In this document: in pieces, positions 34,017 to 47,645 of the stretch | Layout: each line of letters begins with the position of its first letter | How positions within the stretch are numbered: the stretch's first letter is position 1 | DNA from: Tricharina praecox | Lineage: Eukaryota | Direction of reading: 5' to 3' | Assembly (NCBI RefSeq): GCF_024521635.1 | Contig: NW_026250413.1 | Coordinates: 1,054,001-1,118,000, forward strand | Length of the DNA: 64,000 nt | Notes under the pieces: generated by a model | What the model was told of the DNA's origin: nothing | The model's database searches: none | What the model saw: the letters and a program-made list of their open reading frames with translations, nothing else | Translations under genes and position numbers: made by a program

Positions 34017-36702
34017 CGTGGGCTAGAGGTGTTGCGGTATCTCGACGATGGACGGAAGAGGTGGACGCAGGGAAGAAGGGGAGTATATCTAAGCCGTGTT
34101 AGTCCCGAGAAATGGCCGTCAGTGGCTGAAAACACTCACTGATGGGTAAATATGTATCTCCGCTACAAACAGAATAACCTGATGCGATGCCGAAGAAACC
34201 TGAAAAGAAAGAAAGAAGAACAATCAAGTAGAAGAAGAGACTCGACAGGAAAGAAGGCTCGGGAAATCCCAGACCCCGCCCCCGATCGAACCGGATTCAT
34301 AGCTTGTATAGCCTGTTCATAGCCGAGCGTAGCCATTCCTGTATCTTAGGCGGACACCGCTCATCGAATGAAGCCAAAGTTCGGCCGAAAGATTTGGTGA
34401 TAGTCGACTCACGTACACTAGTGCTAACATACTAGCGGTGGTGTTGACTGATGGTGACACACACACACACACATATAGAGTACACATGCGGACTTTGCTT
34501 TTTTCCGCTCTCGTGCGTTCCTGGATTTGTGCATGCGCACTGCTCTATTTTGAGTAGATCTCCGCGGCCCATGTCATGGTGCCACGCCTCGATCTGCGAG
34601 CGCCGTCTGCGTCATACAACGACGGAAACAGAACCTGCTCATTGCGCTCGCCGCTGCGGCCGCTGCGACCGCTGAGGAAACTGGCCGCAGGAACTTACTT
34701 TTGAATCGGCGGGGGAAAAATTTGGCCACTGTCCTAGAACCGGCTTTCCTAACCGTTTGCGAAGCAGGTCCGAGGCGGCCGCGTCTGATTGGCGCGAGTG
34801 TGCGGCTCTGAGGGCACTCCGCACGCACACTGGTCCGGCGATCGCGGTGAACATTCATCGACGGACGAATCAACCGCTCCTTATGGGTCGCCACGACTGG
34901 CTATTTGCTCGCCTGCACCCATTGCGTTCGTGCATGTGCTTACACCCGCGCCCGCGCATCCGATCTCTCGTCGTCCACCACTCGCCTGCCACTTCCCTAT
35001 CAGCCCTGCATCCGTCGGGCAGTCGACCGTTCATTCCAGCAATCACCGCATGACTGCGAGGGAGAACCCCGCCTGGACCGGCCTACGAGGACCATACAAC
35101 CATACAACCCATACAATGGGCACGTGGGATCGGGGCACACCAGCACCAGTGTGTGTGCTCCGCCGGACGATGGCAGACTCCTCGGACGGATAGAAACGTG
35201 GGAGTAAGCACTCTGCTGTTTTTATACCTGCGTGCTATTATTACTTCTTATTCTTCTGTTTATAACCCTGAAAATTACGAGCACGAAGTTCGGACCGCAA
35301 GGGCTTGCAACTTGGCGGGTTGAATCGAATCAGCGATGTTTAAAACGAAGCGGGCTGAGGTCGCACAAGCCTCGGTGCGCCCCCCGCGCCAGCCACACCT
35401 CTCGCGCGAGTCACCGTTCAGTATACAGCCTCCCTCCAGAAAATAACTAAACCTACCCCGCCCCTTCCAAGGAGCCTGGAAGTACCGCCCAGCCACCGGC
35501 TACGTTGCCGTGCCGAGAAATCGATATCAGGACGCGCCGTTGGCGTTGTGGGGCTTGCTCCGGTTTCTCGCCCGAGAGCGCAAGGCGACCAGTTGCCAGT
35601 GGCCACCAGACGGGCCCTCCACCGCCGTCGCCAGTCAGGTGCGTACATATATAGAAGAGATAAGACGGTGCCGTTTTTCCGCGCCGCCAGCATAGCCTGT
35701 AGTTGGAATTTGTCCCGAGCTCCGGATGAGTAGAGAAACGAGCGAGTGATAGCTCATGGGCTTGCTCAAAACTCCGCGCTCGTCCACTTGTCTGTCTGGC
35801 TGCCCTACCGCTCGGCCGTCCAATAGCCACAGACGTCGAAGGTACACCAAGCAATACAGCACGGAGTGTAGCACCGTGACACGGTCATTATAGGATCTCG
35901 GCCATACGATCCTCGCCTCATCACCACTCGCACCCAATCAATACGCCACATGGCGATATCATACACATATTCACGAAATCCAAGACATCATAACGACCAG
36001 CCATGCACGCTGCCGACTCTTCTTTTCGTCCGCCGCCGAGATGCCCGGTACCGTTCCCGACCAACGGATTTCTGCCTGCATATATATAAAAGGCCGGAGC
36101 GTAACACTACTTCCGGTGATGCGCCGAACGGGTTTTGCGATCAATACCGTGAAACCGCTGAATGTCAGCAGGATTCTAGAACGCCATCCGCACCTCAGAG
36201 ATGGCAAATGAAATACTCATGTGCACAAAATCGCCAAGCCGCGTGCACTTTCAACGGGCGCGTTCTGGGCGGCGTGAAGTACGTAGAGTGCACACCGCAC
36301 CAGCCGCACAAAGACCATACATGACAACCCCGCCGGCCACAATGATCCGTACTTGGATACATCACCGACGACGAGCACATCGATTTTGCTACCCCTCATC
36401 AGAGTGATGGTACACTTCGCCTCCTCCCCGAGGGAAGAAGTTTTTTTTAAAAAAAAAAATTAAAAAAAATTCAATACCTAGAACACTCTCGGCCCCGCAC
36501 CAGTCTTCACTTCCCATCCACTCGTTAATTTAAGATGGGTTAGGTATGCTAGACGACGGATCCCATATATACATGTAGCGTACAGCTAGGTGCCCATATC
36601 TACTCGAACAGAAGACACACGCGCTTAGAGGTTCAAATCAACTTGGACAAGTGGCAACGAGTGGCACAAGTGTGGCGAATATTAGGTTTGTTCGGCTGTA
36701 AG

Positions 36703-37351
36703 TAAAAGGACTAGGTCAAAATTATCGCCAGGGGGCCGTTTTACACCAAAAATGGCCATTTTCACGCGACCAAAACCCACCCTTCGTCTGGCCGAAAAAT
36801 ATTGTGTCTTTCACAGACGCCGTAAAATCATAAGCCCTCTCATATATATAAAAGTCGACCGCTTTTAATCAACATTGATGGTTTTTAGTGGTGGTTTGTA
36901 CATGACTTGAACAGTGATTTCGCATTTTGTATGGGGCTGCCATACAAAAAGTTGCACGACAACCAGCGAAAACCACAAACTTTTCTCCTGGGCCGCATTA
37001 CTCTACCACAACTGCTTATATTTGCGAGCCAGTTTCTTATAAGATCGTCTACACTGTTAGAAAGTACCTCCAATTGTCCAATATTTTTTTAGAGTGTGTT
37101 TGAGATGCAGAATCTGTGGTTGAAAATGGATAGTCTTGAAACAATGGGACTTGGATTAGCCTCACAACTTCACATAAAATATTGATTTATTTTGGCTGGA
37201 AATTTTATCGAAGCTGGAAATGTATCTAGTCATCCTCTATACAAATTTATATTACTTTCTATTGTGTGGTTGTGGTGTTCGAGAGGTCTACATGTGTGGT
37301 GTGGTGGTCTCGTAAGGGCGAGTGGCGATAACTTTTGACCTGGTACTTTTA
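36703..37351. mobile_element. Putative MITE / degenerate TIR element (~650 bp, AT-rich)
   Basis: Imperfect ~29 bp inverted repeats: TAAAAGGACTAGGTCAAAATTATCGCCA (36703-36730) versus the reverse complement of 37323-37351 (TAAAAGTACCAGGTCAAAAGTTATCGCCA). No ORF inside; TSD not resolved. Confidence 0.5.
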
Positions 37352-38339
37352 GGTATGGTGCTTTGTACAAACGATCATGCTCAAATGGCGACGAAAGTGG
37401 TAGCAGTTAGTTACATCCATTGTGTCTGTAATGCAGTTTCGGGCCTCGAGGAAGCAAATTGTACCCGGAAATAAGAGACATGTATAGTACAGATTCACAG
37501 GGGAGCATACGTACTTCATAGCCGGTCACTCAAGTCAAGCCCTGTGGCAAATCGCCGCCACATCTTGATTTCCCATTAGTTACACACCGGCTTTTTTTCT
37601 ACAGAGGTTACAACGTTTACCATAAAACCACTGATTTTCAGTGGATTCCCATTGCTACTCGGCAAGTTCACTCGAACCTCTTAGCGCTTGTCTCTTTTGT
37701 TCGAGACTTTGAGTAGATACGAGTATATACCGTAGCTGTTCACTACATGGTTGGGATCCGTCGTCTGGATACCTAACCCAGTTTAAAGTAGGTAACGAAT
37801 GGGTGGGAAGTGAAGACTGGTACAGGGCCGAGAGTGACGTATCTCCTCGTTCATAAGATACACGCGCTAGCAGGTTGGAATAAACTTGACGAGTGGTGAC
37901 GAAAACCATAGCTTTGTGGCAAATATCCTCGCAACTTCAGTGGAAAAGTGGTTGTGTCATTATAAATCCAGAGATGAGTGCTGTCGCCACAGTCTTGGCA
38001 ATGGTGGCAACGATTGTAAACTTGGATATATTGTGCATTCCGATCTCACAGAACACAGCAATTGTATCATATCATACTCTTGACCGAACACACGATTTCG
38101 AAGCCCCCCTCCACTCTCCAGCGACAACCTATGTGCGAGCTTTCCGCCATCCTCCAGCCACAACCCATCCTCCAGCCACAACCCACCCTCCAGCGGCAAC
38201 CTCTCCGTGCTCTTTCCGCCTCACAACTCAATCCGCCCACATCCACCCCTCTCCCAATACCAGCCCATCATTCCCCACCCCCCACCGGGCCTATCCCACC
38301 CGGACCACCGCACAAAGAACCTGCGCGCACTTTAGACAT

Positions 38340-38860
38340 CCAGCCCGCACCCAGCGTGCGCACCAGCAAGCGGCACAGCTACTCGCTACGGTACAAAGCG
38401 CGCGTGCTGGCACTCAAGGACACGCCATCGATCCGGTGCGGGCCTACGCAGTACCGATGTCCTACGTGGGAGGAGGTCAGTCGGGACACGAAGATCTCGC
38501 AGGGTACATTGAGACATTGGGGGACTGGGCAGATGCGTGATAAGATTCTTAATAATACAGCGAGGTTGAGGCGCGTGCCGGGGAAACGGAAGGAGGCAAG
38601 GGGGGGGGAGGATGCGAGGGGGGATGTGAAAGAAGAGTAGCCAGGGAACGGGGAGAAAATTTGAGCGTTGCTGGATTACGCTGGTTCAATTCGTAAACGC
38701 AGCAGCAGCTCGAAGCTCGGTTTGCGATGGTTATACCCGCTGAATCGCGATATACCTACTCAGACGAATTCTACTTTTCGGTCCCCGGCTGGTTTCTCCG
38801 ATTTTTTATTCCGTATGCGTATCCTCCCCTACGGATAGAGTATTACGATCATTACTAACT
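38340..38860 (+). pseudogene. pogo/Tigger (CENP-B-like) transposase N-terminal remnant
   Basis: KRHSYSLRYKARVL...PTWEEVSRDTKISQGTLRHW is a Brinker/psq-like HTH. After a stop or frameshift comes EFYFSVPGWFLRFF, resembling the Tc5 HTH GWF.RF motif. No DDE domain seen. Confidence 0.55.
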
Positions 38861-40403
38861 TTGTCCGCCGTTTCAACCGTTGCGAATTCTACAGTCCTGA
38901 TTTTCGTTCTTTCTTCCTTAATCCCACATGGGTCTCAAGACTGTTCAAACCATGTCGAAAACACGCGGGGGAATCCTCACAATTTCTCCGCCGATAGCAG
39001 GGAATCGGGGCAACCGCGGCTGGAAGTAAAGCAGTGTGCGACGTACCAGAGGTATCAGGTGATTGAAGGTAGAGGCACCTATCTACTTCACGAATTCCAC
39101 CAATAGCGATACCTACCTACCTATTCCACGCAGTTTCCGATGAAAACCGTAAGAAACCGCGGAATGCCATGCGACAACGACGTTCAACGATTGTGGGATT
39201 ATCAGATTACGAACGAGCGAGATAGGTACTCCAAAGAGCTGCGGGAGTCCTCGAATCTCGTGCACGATTATCGAAGCGAGTGCTACGCGGTGCGGTCCGG
39301 TGGAATTGTGGATCACGAGGTCTCACTCGCTATGGCACATGCAGCTGTGCTGGAAATTTGGAAACGGCGAAGATAATGGTGGAAGAGGCAAGGCGCGAGG
39401 CGGGGTGAAGGCGAGGGCGGTAGGGAGCGGAAGTTGTTTTCCCTTCTCTTGGTGTTTTCTCCTTGGTGCGCTCATATGTATATTGTCGGGACAGGCTGGC
39501 CGCTGGGGCGGAGGGCCTGAGTAGTAGGGGAAGCGGTATCGGGCCGCTCGATGAATCACAGGTATGTACCTTGTACATACCCAAGCCCGTGATAACTGCA
39601 GAGTACTTACCGAGTACGGTGCTGCATGGCCATAGCCTATCACTCGGGATGGCCCATCTTTTCTTTTCTTGTTTGCTTGCGTGAGCCCATTGAATCGTGC
39701 GTCTGTATTGGAGGCAGTGGGGAGGGGTCGGATTTGTAATCTGCCATGATCTACTGTGTAAGGTCCAATGCTAAAATGATTAAGCAAAGAAAAATTAGAT
39801 CGTGCATTTACTATAGTGTCTACATCTATCTAAAGGCAAACTCTAAAGCTTGGGTAGGTATACGGTATCATAGCTGAAGTTCTCGCAGTCTCGGACCCAC
39901 AATTTACAAATTACAAGTCCGATCTCGAGTGACCTCCGATGCGCACACGCACGGATCGACCGGGATGGTTACTACCTCACAACAGTGCGATCGGCCCGGC
40001 CCTCTACTCTAGCCCGCCGAGATCCCGCCAGGATCCATCAAGGTCCCGGCACTAGCCCGCCCCCCCCCCTGGCTCCCTGGTCGTGGCTTTCCTTCCCCAC
40101 ACACGCGACTCGCGAGCGCGGCGGGCCAATGGCCATGACTAAATCTGCACAGTCACCGTGCAGGACCTAGACCGGTGATGGACTTCCCCCCACGCGCGGA
40201 GCACGGAGCACGGAGCACGGAGGTGATGGGTTGGCGTAATTACTACTCTGGTAGATACTAGAGGTGTATTTAAGAATACATGTGGAATGCTCTGGGCGCA
40301 TGGAGAGTGCAGTACAGTGCAGGTTGTGTAGAGTAGGTACATGGACATGTAGCATGATGCCAGTTGGCAGGTACTCTGCGTCTGGATACTTGTTGCTTAC
40401 CCA

Positions 40404-40573
40404 TAGTACCGTAGAGTACCGTAGAGTACCGTAGAGTACCGTAGAGTACCGTAGAGTGCAACGTCTTCTGCAAATTGCCAGTGTCGCAAACGGGCACCGG
40501 TCAGGTCAACACGCACCGGTCAGGCCAACACGCACCGGTCAGGCCAACACGCACCGGTCAGGTCAACACGCAC

Positions 40574-40614
<41 letters not shown>

Positions 40615-40679
40615 CCTCCCTCCCTCTCTCTCTCTCTCTCTCTCTCCCTCCCTCCCTCTCTCTCTCTCTCTCCCTCCCT

Positions 40680-40728
<49 letters not shown>

Positions 40729-40740
40729 TCCCCCTCTCTG
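40404..40740 (+). repeat. Compound repeat block: (GTACCGTAGA)x5, (ACGCACCGGTCAGGYCAAC)x4, CT/CCCT microsatellite
   Basis: 10-mer array at ~40406-40456, 19-mer array at ~40492-40574, polypyrimidine tract at ~40574-40740. Confidence 0.9.
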
Positions 40741-42740
40741 CCTATTGACCAGTCCGTCCCCAGCACCGCGCCGCACCGTACCGCACCCGCCCCCAAGACG
40801 CGGAGAGTGGTCCAAGTCGCTCGGAGATTCGACGACGCCGATGACGACATGGGTCGCAAGTAACCGAACGGGGAGGGACCACACACACTCGCACCACACA
40901 GGCACGCGTGGTCACTGGTCGCAAGCGGCCTGGCATGCAAATGCAGTCGGTAGTCATGTATGCATGGGGCGTATATATGTAACAGGTAGAGTACGTACGG
41001 TGTACGGTATGTGCATAGTAGTAGCTGGTAGTGCTGATGATTCGAGAACCCGGGTTTTTTTCTTGCTGGGTATCTACGGCATCCCGTTTGCAACGGCTGG
41101 GGCATTGGGCATTGGGCAAGCCAAATAGGCGGGCGGGCGACGGGGATCCGCGCGCGAGCGGGCTGGAAGGCTGGAAGGCTAGAAGGATGCCACATGGCGA
41201 GGGGGAGCGGAGATGCGGAGGACGAGTACCGTACCTGAGTGCCTACCGGTATTCGGTCGTATTGATGACGTACACGGGCACGCATGAGCACAGCTCGGCA
41301 CTCGGGGGGAGGGAGGAAACGGACGGCGGACAAAGATCTGTTGCAGGCAGCCATTGTTAGCTGGCTGCCACTCTCGTCAACTCTGCTCATCCAAATTATG
41401 AAGCCTTCACGTGGGGGCTCTGGAGGGAAGCTCGGCGTGCATGCGCAGAGCTTCGTTAGTTCTGCACGGACGGCGCCTCCATCCATCTGCAACAAAAAAA
41501 AGAAAAAAAGCAAAGAAAAAAAACTCTGCGGTCAGACCGTTTCGACGTCGCACCGCATCGTCAGTTTGATTCGACGCGAGCAGATCGTGGCAGGCCGGCA
41601 CTGTCCGACCGGCCGTTGACGGAGTCTTACTTATATAACGAGATCGAAGGCGACGGATGTCCCTTCCGCTTGTTCTTGTTCCTCTTGCTCGTCCTGCCTC
41701 CTGCCGAATCTTCAACTCACCGCAAGCCGCTTTCTGCCGATCGACGATTGTCCTGTCCGTGTCTCTGCTGCTCTGCTACTCTCCACAAAACGACATCTAC
41801 TTGGCCACCTCTCCCCTCCGCTCGTCCCGTCGTTCAACCGCCCGCATTGTCCTCTTCTCATTCCCGTACCCTGTACCCCGTGCAATTGAAGCCGAAGCGA
41901 CACATTCTGCTCGCCCGGGATACATAGACGTGCCGAAGTGAATCCCGTCCCGTGCATGTGTCTGTGTCTGTGTCTGTGTCTGTGTCTGTGGGGAAATACA
42001 AGCTTTGCCTGCAACCTTTCGTAGCCGCTAGTTACTCTAGACTTGCCGCCAGAATTCCGCGTCGTCGTCGCCCCCTCCATCCGACACGACACCTACATAG
42101 AAGCCATCCATCATCGATCCGTCACCTGCACCGAACCCACGAACCACCCACCAAACCCATCGTGGACGATCAACCGACATCGACGCCGACGGACCCCATC
42201 GCACCACCGCACTCGCAGCTCCAACTCGGCCTCGCTACTTTACTCTACTTAGTCAACGGCCGCTCACTAGCACTACCCTATTCAATAGTACTTAGTCAAC
42301 GGAAGCTGTCGCGCCCATTGAAGACTGCCCCCCCAGCTCCATCGACCTCGGCCTCGACCTCGAACGACCACCACGCCCTCCCCCCTCCCTCATCCCTCCT
42401 TCTTGTCCAACATACATCTTCACATCGGTAGCTAGCACGCCGAAATATTTCTTCGACACATAGTTAATCGATCGACGATTCGAGAGCGTACGGCTGAAAA
42501 AACTCAGCTCTTATCACCAGCTCGAGCGCGTCCCTCTTCTCCAACTTCATACCTCCTCCTCCTCCAGCACCTTGCTGGTCGGTTGCATGTTGTTTGCGCC
42601 TGACCTCTACTTCGTAACATCACACCTACGGCCTCCTTAAGCCACTCTCATACGCATCACTCTCACCACCACCCCCCTCCCCCACTGCCCGCCACCACCA
42701 CTACCACTACCACAGCTTCTCGCAACCTCAATCCGCACCC

Positions 42741-44009
42741 ATGGCTTCGGATGCCATCGCGAGCACGTCGACACCCATGTCGACCACCACTACCACCACC
42801 ATCCCCCGTAACCCCTCGATGGGCTCCCTCAGCTCCCTCGTCAGCTTCTCCTACCATCCGAACGGCGACAAGACGCACTCGCACTCGCTGATCACGGCCC
42901 CGTGCACCCGCTGCGGCCACGCCGAGCCCATCCGATCCCTCCTCGCGGTCGTCGAGAAGACGCTCATCCGCTGCTCGACCTGTACCACACCCGCCTCCGG
43001 CTCCATCGCGGGCGAGATCACGGCCATCCCCGCCCTCTCCACCATGTCGAGCGCATCCGAATCGCTGCAGCAAACCTTCATCGATCTACAGGCAACCCTG
43101 GCCCGCCACGGCGCCGGCCTCGAGAAGTTGGAGCTCCCGCAAGCCGCCGCGAACACCGCTGTAGGAAAGGTCCGCGAGCCCAGCAAACATCCGATCGTTC
43201 ATGACCTTGAGGACCTGAGGCAGTTCACATCCGCCGTGACGAGGCTGATGCGGACACTGCACGAGAAGTCGTCGAGGCTGGATGCTGAGGAGAGGGCGTT
43301 GCGCGCTGAGAGGGAGGAGGTTGCCATTGAGCGCGCTGAGTTGGCGAGGCTCAGGGAGACCTTGGAAGACGATGTTGGTGGAGACGGGGCCGTGTCTAGG
43401 GGACGTATTTCAAAGGTAATTTCTATATATCCAAGCCACACTCGGGAAGGAAAACGAAGAGCTTGCTAACGAGATTGATGGACACAGAGCATCGACTTTT
43501 TAGACGACGTTCGAGATAAAGACGGAAAATCCATGGCCCTCTCCCGCACCATGTCCTTCGCCACGATCGATTACGACCCAGAGCTCATCTGGGACGACGA
43601 GAAGGAGCGGGAGCTTGCGGACCTGGAGCGGCGCCTCGTGCTCGCCAACCGGAACTGGAGTCCCAAGCAGGAGGACCTCCTCCCGCAGGTCGAGCAGCTG
43701 CGCGAAGAACGGCGCAAGGCGAAGAAACACGGCCGCTACCACGTCGGCGGCGCCAACGCCAACATGGAAAACTCCCCCTCGCGCACAACGTCGATCCGTA
43801 CGCAGGACCGCCAGAAACGTAGTAGCTTCTCGGGCGCTTTCAGCCGCAGGATGGATGAGAAGGCGGCCGTCAAGAATCGCCGCGGCTCGGCGGGGGATGC
43901 GGCCGAGAAGGCGGGCGAGAAGGCACGCGTGGGGTCGGGCTCGGGCTCGGGCTCGGGCGCCGGGAATAGGCTTATGAGGTTCTTTTCCGGGTCTAAGAGA
44001 TCGGAGTGA
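42741..44009 (+). CDS. Hypothetical protein (~398 aa) with CxxC..CxxC motif and coiled coils
   Basis: join(42741..43415,43488..44009); intron GTAATT...GCTAAC...CAG joins two ORFs in frame. CTRC...CSTC, then heptad-like LDAEERALRAEREEVAIERAELARLRE. Confidence 0.75.
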
Positions 44010-44804
44010 CCGCGTGACGATGCAGATGGAGATGCGATGAGTAAAAAAAAATGCGTGCTGGGTAGAGTAGAGTTCATGGAGTGGTTATGGCATGGTTGAA
44101 TGTCTCTTTTGCGTCCCTTTTACTGGCTAGGCTGCGAGTGGGCATGGGGAGACGCGGAGACGGAGAGACGGGAAATGCGGAGTTCTGCTTTTGTTTTATA
44201 TCATTCAATCCAAGTTGGCATACTTACTTACACTTGATGTGCTGTGAGAGTGATGATTGCTCCTCTGGTTTTACGTGCTCGCATCCTTGTGAGGGGGGAT
44301 GTGCATTGTGCATTATCAGGTAGACATTGCCTCCTATAGTACGTCATCATCACCTGCCGGCGAACATCCCATTACCGTAGATCTGAAAATCCGATGCTCG
44401 ATCACATCCTTCTCGATCCCGAACCATCAAGGTGTTCTCTCGGGCCGAACGTGGAGTAACATTTTGCCTGCTGACTGCAGAACCGGAGCCGGGTCGACAG
44501 GCAGGGGGTCAACGGGCAAGGGGGCAGGGGGGCCGAGGAAATCGAGCAGCCGACTTTTCGGGCCGAGCGTCGAACTATTATGTACCAGGAACAGCCGATA
44601 CGTCGTGCCTCACCGCCATTACGAATTATAAGCGCAAGATGAGGCACCACTTACCCTTAACTACACCCGAGTACTGTGGAATTCAGAGGCAAGGACGGCT
44701 TGGCGAAGCCAGAAGCCGGAGAAGGCTGCAGCTGTGGACCTGATTGCGACCTTGACTACAGGGTAATGCCAACGGGGTGATGTCAATGGGGGTTGACGGT
44801 TCGG

Positions 44805-44990
44805 ATCGGACCTTAGCGGGCAGGGGCGGACTTTAGCGGACAGGGGCGGATGTCGGTGAGGTGATGGCGGACTTTACGGACTTTGAGGGGAGGGGTCGGA
44901 CTTTGAGGGGAGGGGTCGGACTTTGAGGGGAGGGGTCGGACTTTGATGGGAGATACCGGTATCGGACTTAGATGGGAGGGGGCGGATTGT
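44805..44990 (+). repeat. G-rich ~20 bp tandem repeat (GGACTTTGAGGGGAGGGGTC)
   Basis: Three near-perfect copies at ~44878-44945, with degenerate copies on either side. Confidence 0.85.
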
Positions 44991-45699
44991 AAATTGCAAT
45001 GGGAGCGAGGGATATGTACGATACTCCATTGTAGCAGGCTGCATGGTTAGACCAGGGTATATGGTGTGGGACACAGCGGAAACGGCGGGCATGGCAGATG
45101 CACGAGCGGTGAAATTTCGCCGACCTAGCTACCTAGACCAGATTCGGTGGGGTTAAACGTTCAAAGTGCTCAGGTTTATTTTGCCGGCGGGTCTATCTGT
45201 CTGTCTCATCGTCCATCATCATTGTTTTCATCATTGCTTTCATCGTCCGTTTTCTTTGCCGGTTACTCGATTTGTCTAGGGGGTTGTCTGGTCGCTTTCT
45301 ACTCTAGTGTGTTCTTTGCTATCGGGCGTCTTGAACTTTACAGGAGGTCTTTCTTTATTCACGACTCATTTCTCTCTTCGTGACTTGTGCTTGACTTTCT
45401 TCACCCCCGTCACAACCTATCTCTATCAAAGTCGACTGAGTGCCCCTCCGGCTCCCAGTTCTTCAATGGCTGATCATGGCAGATTACATATCCTTTTCCA
45501 CCCCCGCTATCACCGACCGCCGCTGACCGCGGGCACGATAGAGTACATACATGGTTCCCTGGGTATTGCTCTCCGCTTAATCTTCCTCGTGAGTCAACCT
45601 TCCCTGCTCCCACTCCGCTCAACTCTCTCTCCTTTCAAGTTTCAACACTGGCAAGAAAGACAGACAGACAGACGGAAAACCGTGGTCCAGCGTCTGGAG

Positions 45700-45941
45700 C
45701 AGTGTTCTCCATCGTCCGGTCCGCCCGTCCTGGGCCTCGGACGAGGACGGACGGCGTGCCTCCAGTCCGTCCGCGCCTAGGACGTGACGGCCAAGGTTTT
45801 TTCAGCGGACGGACGAGACAGATGGCGTAGGACAGTTGTCGATGGCCGTCCGCTAAGCCTTGGATAAAAACCTGATTTCGGGCGTCGAACTTGGGTGGCC
45901 GAGTGAGATACAGTGCTTAGAGCGCTGTGATAGGGGCCGGC
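45700..45941 (+). mobile_element. GGACGG/CCGTCC-rich MITE-like element, copy 2 (partial)
   Basis: Starts CAGTGTTCTCCATCGTCCGG; colinear with copy 1 and with the reverse complement of 50870-51030. Confidence 0.6.
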
Positions 45942-46837
45942 ATGGCGGAGTCGTCTTCGTCTTCGTCTTCTTCTCTTTCGATCATCATCTACTAAACACT
46001 TAGGTAAACGATCAACCTCCATCTCCTCTTTCTTCGGTGTGTGCTCTCCTCTCAACCTGACCCGCTGCCGGCCTGGAGGCTGGAGGGCTGTTTGCTGGAG
46101 AGGTGTTGGCAAAGGAGCCGTCTGCAACGGTGGGATCTCTTCGGGCGGTAAAGACATCCCGACATCCCGCAATCCCGACGGTTGCACGATCACGTAGCAT
46201 CACGTGGCATCGCAGTTATCACTCGCAGCACCTCTTGAACAGGACGCTAGAAGAAAACATTTTTAGCATCTGCACGCAACAGACGCCTCTGGATGTACAG
46301 CTCATCATCCAACAACACTACTACTATCACCTTCGCTATCGCCAACGACACACTGCACCCCCCTCGAACCAGCATCCACCGACCCACACCCACATCCGCA
46401 CATGGCCTGTGTGCGGAACTATCTGACTAGAGGTACGGATCGGAAACGCCAAAATGGAGAAGAAAACGCAGCAGCGAGAAGGACAATGGAAATACCGAAT
46501 AAAAGAGTGAAAGAAAAAAAACAAAGGAAAGTATTGGACAGGACAGGAAGGGAGGAAGGGAGGAACGAGACGAGAGGAGAAGAGAAAGAGAAGCGACGAG
46601 TTGGAAGTAAGGAACGACAACAACAACAATGCGTTGCTAAAAGCAAAGGCCGGCCACCACATAAACTTGAACGAATCAACAGACACGGGGGGGGGGGGGG
46701 AATTGTATTGCATTGCATTCAGCGCGGAATTGAAGGTTGGGGGGTTTGGGGGAAAACGTCGCTCCTTGCACTCACTCACTCGCTCACTCGTTCACTCGCT
46801 CGCTCGCACATCCGTCGCCGCCGCCTAGACGCGCGCC

Positions 46838-47645
46838 CTAGACGCGGGCGGCGCGCTTGTTGCAGCGGTGTTGGTTGTGGCCACCACCATTGCAGTAGCC
46901 GCAGCCGCGCTGCTCGCGGTCGTTGTAGTTGTCGTTCAGGTTCAGGTTGTCGGTCTCGTTCTCCTGGATGTCGGTGAACTCTGCGTGGTCCTCGTTCATG
47001 ACCTCAGCGAGGGCGGCAGACTCCTGCTCGGCCGAGTTCTCGTTGGCGTTGAAGTTGGCAACCTCCACGCCCAGCTCGTTCTTGTTCGCGTTGGCTACCT
47101 CGATGTTGTTCTCGTTGGCGAGCAGGTTGCGGTTGTCGCTCTCGATCGCGCCGAAGCCGAAGGCCTCGCCGCCCTTGGCCAGGTTCGCGTTCTCGTTCGC
47201 GTTCTCGGACTTGGCTCCAGCAAGGTTGTCGGTCGCCATGGCGTTCTCGTTCGCGTTCTGGTTGTCGGACGAGGCGTCGGTCTCCTCGTACTCGGCCGAC
47301 TGGCGGTCGTAGGCGCGGTAGAAGGCGGGCTTGTTCAGGCTGGGGTGGTAGTCGTTGTACGGGTGGTAGTTGCTCGAGGGCTGGTAGCTCGGGCGGTAGT
47401 TGTTGTAGGGACGGTAGTAGTTGGTGGCCCTGTAGGGTGCGTTGTAGTTGGTCTCGTCGCAGTTCTCGACCTCCTGCTGCTCGGGGTGGAAGCGCTCGTA
47501 GCAGCCGTAGCCGGGGCCGGAAGGACTATCGGGCGGGTCAATATCGGGGCCATGTCACCGAGCAGGTGGGGGATACTCACGTGGGGGCCGCAGCCACACC
47601 GGCAACAATGGTTGCGAGGAAAAGAGCGATCTGGAAGGACTGCAT
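46838..47645 (-). CDS. Secreted Asn/Glu/Tyr-rich protein (~250 aa)
   Basis: join(47645..47581,47525..46838). Signal peptide MQSFQIALFLATIVAGVAAAP, a Tyr/Pro/Asn region, then NANENA-type repeats; strong C-ending codon bias. Confidence 0.85.

Noticed and set aside
40404-40574. Regularly spaced short repeats, superficially CRISPR-like
   Set aside because: Head-to-tail tandem units without unique spacers, in a eukaryotic genome with no cas genes.
40456-41513. ORFs with SLSLSL / RERERE tracts
   Set aside because: Translation artefacts of the CT microsatellite.
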